From Neolecta irregularis DAH-3 (taxonomy: Eukaryota): a stretch of DNA of 38,876 nucleotides. Made by a program: the position numbers and the translations under genes. Of the stretch, positions 34,586 to 38,876 are shown piece after piece (position 1 is the first letter of the stretch; the number at the start of each line of letters is the position of its first letter). The notes beneath the pieces were generated by a model, which was not told where the DNA came from, did no database searches, and saw only the letters and a program-made list of their open reading frames with translations. The stretch covers positions 1-38,876 of the forward strand of contig LXFE01003900.1 in the NCBI GenBank assembly GCA_001929475.1, given 5' to 3'.

Positions 34586-37480
34586 ATGTTTGTCTATAAA
34601 CGAGGTATCGCTCTCTATTGTGTCAATGCTGACTACCTAGATGGCCGCAAAGAACGGGTGCTGTTCGACAAGGTAGATTTGTTCGTGTTGACTGAGATTG
34701 ACCTTCAGATCACTACTCGACTGAGCAGACTTTGTTACGGCCTGGATGCGGATCACGTTGATGTTGCTGCTGTCACACAGAAAGTAATCAGCGGCGTTTA
34801 CCAGGTTTTACCATCTCTTTTATGCGCTGCTAATGTCAAAGGGCGTAACCACGGTTGAACTGGACAATCTGGTGAATCTGTTTCGGCTGATTGTGACTCA
34901 TTGTTGTTCAGGCTGCTGAGACCGCTGCTTACTTGACTACCAAACATCCAGACTATGCTATTCTTGCTGCACGGTATCTTACTGTTTTCACTCATTGCCG
35001 CTGACTTGCAGAATCGCGGTCAGCAATCTTCACAAACAGACCAAGAAACAGTTTTCACAGGTCATTGAAGACCTCTATCGATACGTCAACCCCAAGAATA
35101 GAAAACCATCTCCGATGATCAGCGATTTGACGTACAATGCAGTAATGAAGAACGCGGAGCACCTTGATTCAGCAATTATCTACGAGAAAGATTTCAACTA
35201 TCAATACTTTGGCTTTAAAACTCTTGAGGTGTGTTTGCTGTTTCAAAATGGGAGGGCTCACATTGGATAGCGAAGCTACCTTTTGCGAATAAATGGAAAA
35301 GTCGCCGAGCGACCTCAACATATGCTGATGAGAGTTGCTGTTGGTATTCACGGCGAAGATGTCGAGAAGGCAATCGAAACATACAACCTAATGTCTGCGA
35401 AGCACATGACTCATGCTTCTCCGACTCTGTTTAATGCAGGGACTCCCCATCCACAATTGTCGTCGTGTTTCCTGGTGACGATGAAAGACGATTCGATTGA
35501 AGGGATCTACGATACCTTGAAAACATGCGCAATGATTTCGAAAACGGCGGGCGGAATTGGATTGAATGTTCACTGTATTCGAGGAACTGGATCATATATT
35601 GCAGGAACAAACGGGACGTCCAACGGTCTCGTTCCAATGTTGCGTGTATTCAATAATACGGCACGATACGTCGATCAAGGTGGTAATAAGCGCCCTGGTG
35701 CATTTGCAATTTATCTCGAACCATGGCACGCTGATGTTTTCCAGTTCCTTGATTTAAGAAAGAATCATGGAAAAGAAGAAGTTCGTGCAAGAGATTTATT
35801 CTATGCGCTTTGGATTCCAGATTTATTCATGAAGAGAGTAGAAGAGAATGGTGATTGGAGTCTATTTGATCCAAACGATGCGCCGGGGATGCATGAAGTC
35901 TATGGCGACGAATTCGAGGTATTTACCCCACGCACTACCAATTTCTAACGAATAAAACAGGCTCTTTATGCGAAATATGAAGCAGAAGGTCGTGCTCGAC
36001 GGACTTTGAAAGCGCAGAAATTATGGTATGCGATTCTGGAAGCGCAGACAGAGACGGGGAATCCATTCATGCTATACAAAGACGCGTGTAACCGGAAATC
36101 AAATCAGAAGAATCTCGGCACGATCAAGTGTTCCAATTTGTGTACAGAGATCGTGGAGTATTCGGCACCGGATGAAGTTGCTGTTTGCAATTTGGCGAGT
36201 ATTGCCTTATCCACGTTTATCAAGGACGGGGAATATAATTTTGAGAGGTTACATGACGTTGTTAAAGTGGTCGCGAGGAATTTGAACAAAATTATAGATG
36301 TCAATTACTACCCTGTGGAAGAAGCTAGGCGGAGTAATATGAGACATCGACCTATTGGAGTTGGAGTACAGGGTTTGTTTTATTTGTGTGGGGTGGCGTA
36401 CTGACGACAAGGTCTTGCGGATGCATTTATGGCGCTTCGAATGCCATTTGATTCAGCCGAGGCGAAACAGCTAAACATTCAAATATTTGAAACGATTTAT
36501 CACGGCGCATGTGAAGCATCATGTGAACTGGCGCAAGAGGAAGGACCGTACGAGACATACCAAGGGTCTCCCGCGTCTCAAGGACTTTTACAATATGATC
36601 TTTGGGACCAAACACCGACAGATCTATGGGATTGGGCTACCCTGAAATTGCAAATTGCGCAACACGGACTTCGAAATTCGTTGCTGGTAGCCCCTATGCC
36701 CACGGCGAGTACTTCTCAAATCCTTGGATTCAATGAATGTTTTGAGCCGTACACGAGTAATATTTATTCTCGCCGGGTTCTTGCCGGGGACTTTCAAATT
36801 GTGAATCCGTGGCTACTAAAAGATCTCGTGGAGCATGGATTATGGAGCGATCACATGAAAAACCGGATTATATCAGAGAACGGGAGTATCCAAAATGTGC
36901 CCAATATTCCGGATGAATTAAAGGCTTTATACAAAACGGTATGGGAATTGAGTCAAAAGACGATTATCGATATGGCCGCAGACCGCGGGGCGTTTATCGA
37001 TCAAAGTCAGAGTCTCAACATCCATATCAAGAATCCGAGTTTTGGCAAACTAACGAGCATGCATTTCTACGGATGGAAGAAGGGGCTGAAGACGGGGATG
37101 TATTATCTGCGGACGATGGCTGCTAGCGAGGCTATCAAGGTATGTTTTTCAGGTCTGAGCAGACGGCGAGCTGATGCACTGTGCAGTTTACTGTTGACCA
37201 GGCTGCGCTGAGCACTGCTGCTCCTGCTGTTGCCAAGCGGCGGATGAAAGGAGTTGAGCTGCCCAAGCGGGTTGTTGTTGAAGAAAGCATTCCTGCGGTG
37301 CCTCAGCCAATGGCATCTACGAAAACGACGCCGGTGAAGCTGGTTATGGGTGCAAATGCATCTCGGGCTGGAGATGATGAAGATGAAGATGAAGACGATG
37401 AAGATGATGATATCTACAATGAGCGGGCGATTGCCTGTTCGCTTGCAAATCCCGAGGCATGTGAGATGTGCAGCGGGTAA
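34586..37480 (+). CDS. RNR1: Ribonucleoside-diphosphate reductase large subunit
   Basis: [53 protein letters not shown]-terminal CEMCSG. Nine introns. Confidence 0.97.
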
Positions 37481-37635
37481 AAGTAGTATAGAAAAATATA
37501 ACCCGGCCGTGAAAAAGTGATCCTACTGTGCATCCAGCGAGAAACTGCTCGGGTATCCTGAGAGCCCCTGACCTCCCCTCCTGTATATTTTTCCACCATT
37601 TTCTCTCTTCCCCACCCCAGGATTCCTTCCCCGTG

Positions 37636-38876
37636 ATGGAATCGGGTGATCTGACACACCACCACCATCTGTGCCTGCATCTCCAGGAACCGGGGTGCGC
37701 GCAGTCCTCGGACACGGCTGGGGATTTTTCCGGGTGGGACCTGGGAGTGGGCGACCATCTGTCGCCATATGTGTCTGCGCACAACTCGCCGCTTCTTGGA
37801 CCAGCATCGTCTGCATCGTACTCGCCGCCTGCAAGTGCACCGAGATCTTTGGCGGGCGGCGATGTGTTTGAGTGGCCGCAATTTACGCAAAGCCAAAGCA
37901 GCAGCCCGCATTCGAATTCGCATTCGCATTCACACCGCCGAGCCTACTCGGACCAGTTGGAACTGGGCAATTCGTTTGCCGGATGGCAACCTCAAGCGGC
38001 GTTTGCCCTTGGATCGCTCCAGCTGCCGATACATCTTGCACCAGAAAGCGACTTTGACGGTGCAGCAGGCGTTCTTGGGTCTGGCGGTCTTTATCCAAGC
38101 GCCATTGGTTCGAGTGATCTTGGCTCAAGCGACTTTGAATCAGGAGACCTTGGGCCAAACGACCTTTATCCACCGGACCTGTATCCAAATGACCTTTATG
38201 CAAATGACCATCTGCATTCTGCCCCCTCGCTCAATCCGCCCGTGCCGCCCTCGATTACAATCACACCCAGCGATCCCGTTCTCCCGCGTCATCCTGTTTC
38301 TGTCCCCCGCAGAGCCCGCGCCCACTCAGACACAAGCGTCCGCTACGATCCGCACTGCCCGCCTCTCGACGACCATCACCGCCGCAGCTTCTCTTCTATC
38401 CGCGACCATGTCCTCGACCTAGCCAGCGACCATCATCCGCGCCTCGCTAAAAACCCCGTACCCTTCTCTTCATCCCCATATCTTACTCAAGGCTACCTTT
38501 GTCTGCGACTTTCCAGAATGCGGTAAACGCTTCACCAGAGCTTACAATCTGCGGTGCTAGCTCCCCATTCGCACACACCCACAGCTTATCCTTAGTTCTC
38601 ACCAACGAACACATACCGACGAGCGCCCCTTTGAATGTTCCCTTTGCCATAAAGCGTTTGCCAGACAGCACGATCGCAGACGCCATGAGCAACTCCACTC
38701 AGGCCTCAAAACCCACGAATGTGCAGGTATCCTCCCAGATGGCCGTCCCTGGGGCTGCGGCAAAAGATTCGCCCGCCAAGACGCCCTATCAAGGTCTCCT
38801 CCCCCCTCCTCGCCTTACTTTCTCACTCTCCAGACATTTTAAATCAGAAGCTGGAAAAACTTGTATTAAAGACGTC
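37636..38876 (+). CDS. CRZ1: Calcineurin-responsive C2H2 zinc-finger transcription factor (Crz1/Prz1-like), 3'-partial
   Basis: PSITIT (PxIxIT docking motif). [26 protein letters not shown]...[15 protein letters not shown]...[13 protein letters not shown]...HFKSEAG. Three introns. Confidence 0.88.
38116..38208 (+). repeat. Degenerate 15-bp coding repeat x6 in CRZ1
   Basis: Encodes [30 protein letters not shown]. Confidence 0.75.

Noticed and set aside
6779-37480. Programmed frameshifts, pseudogenes or an alternative genetic code explaining fragmented ORFs
   Set aside because: Every frame break I examined is resolved by a short GT-AG or GC-AG intron under the standard code.

Overview
Gene-dense fungal (ascomycete-like) chromosomal window with about 22 protein-coding genes in 38.9 kb. 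The genes are split by about 84 very short introns (my manual count, mostly 34-47 nt). The style suggests a compact early-diverging ascomycete such as Taphrinomycotina, but that is inference only. Gene order: AT-hook/repeat protein (partial), TRAPPC13-like, RGS protein, ALG14, PCT1, NAA38/MAK31, AVT2-like transporter, MSS1, MHYT membrane sensor, ALG11, ATX1, a probable solo LTR, a small hypothetical protein, BCH/CRAL-TRIO RhoGAP, TCF25/RQC1, COX18, MAM3/CNNM, POF1-like, a divergent RPS23, FMO, GUT2, RNR1 and CRZ1-like (partial). The most unusual signal is the splicing architecture. Introns are uniformly tiny, donors are often little more than GT, five donors appear to be GC (one splits the PCT1 catalytic motif and one decides the RPS23 C-terminus), and several introns are stopless and a multiple of 3 nt. 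Other notable items are the divergent uS12/RPS23, a 563-bp solo LTR upstream of ATX1, and a tandem duplication at the RGS 3' end that has intron-like AG|GT borders. I found no tRNA, rRNA or CRISPR array. Gene models are manual and untested.
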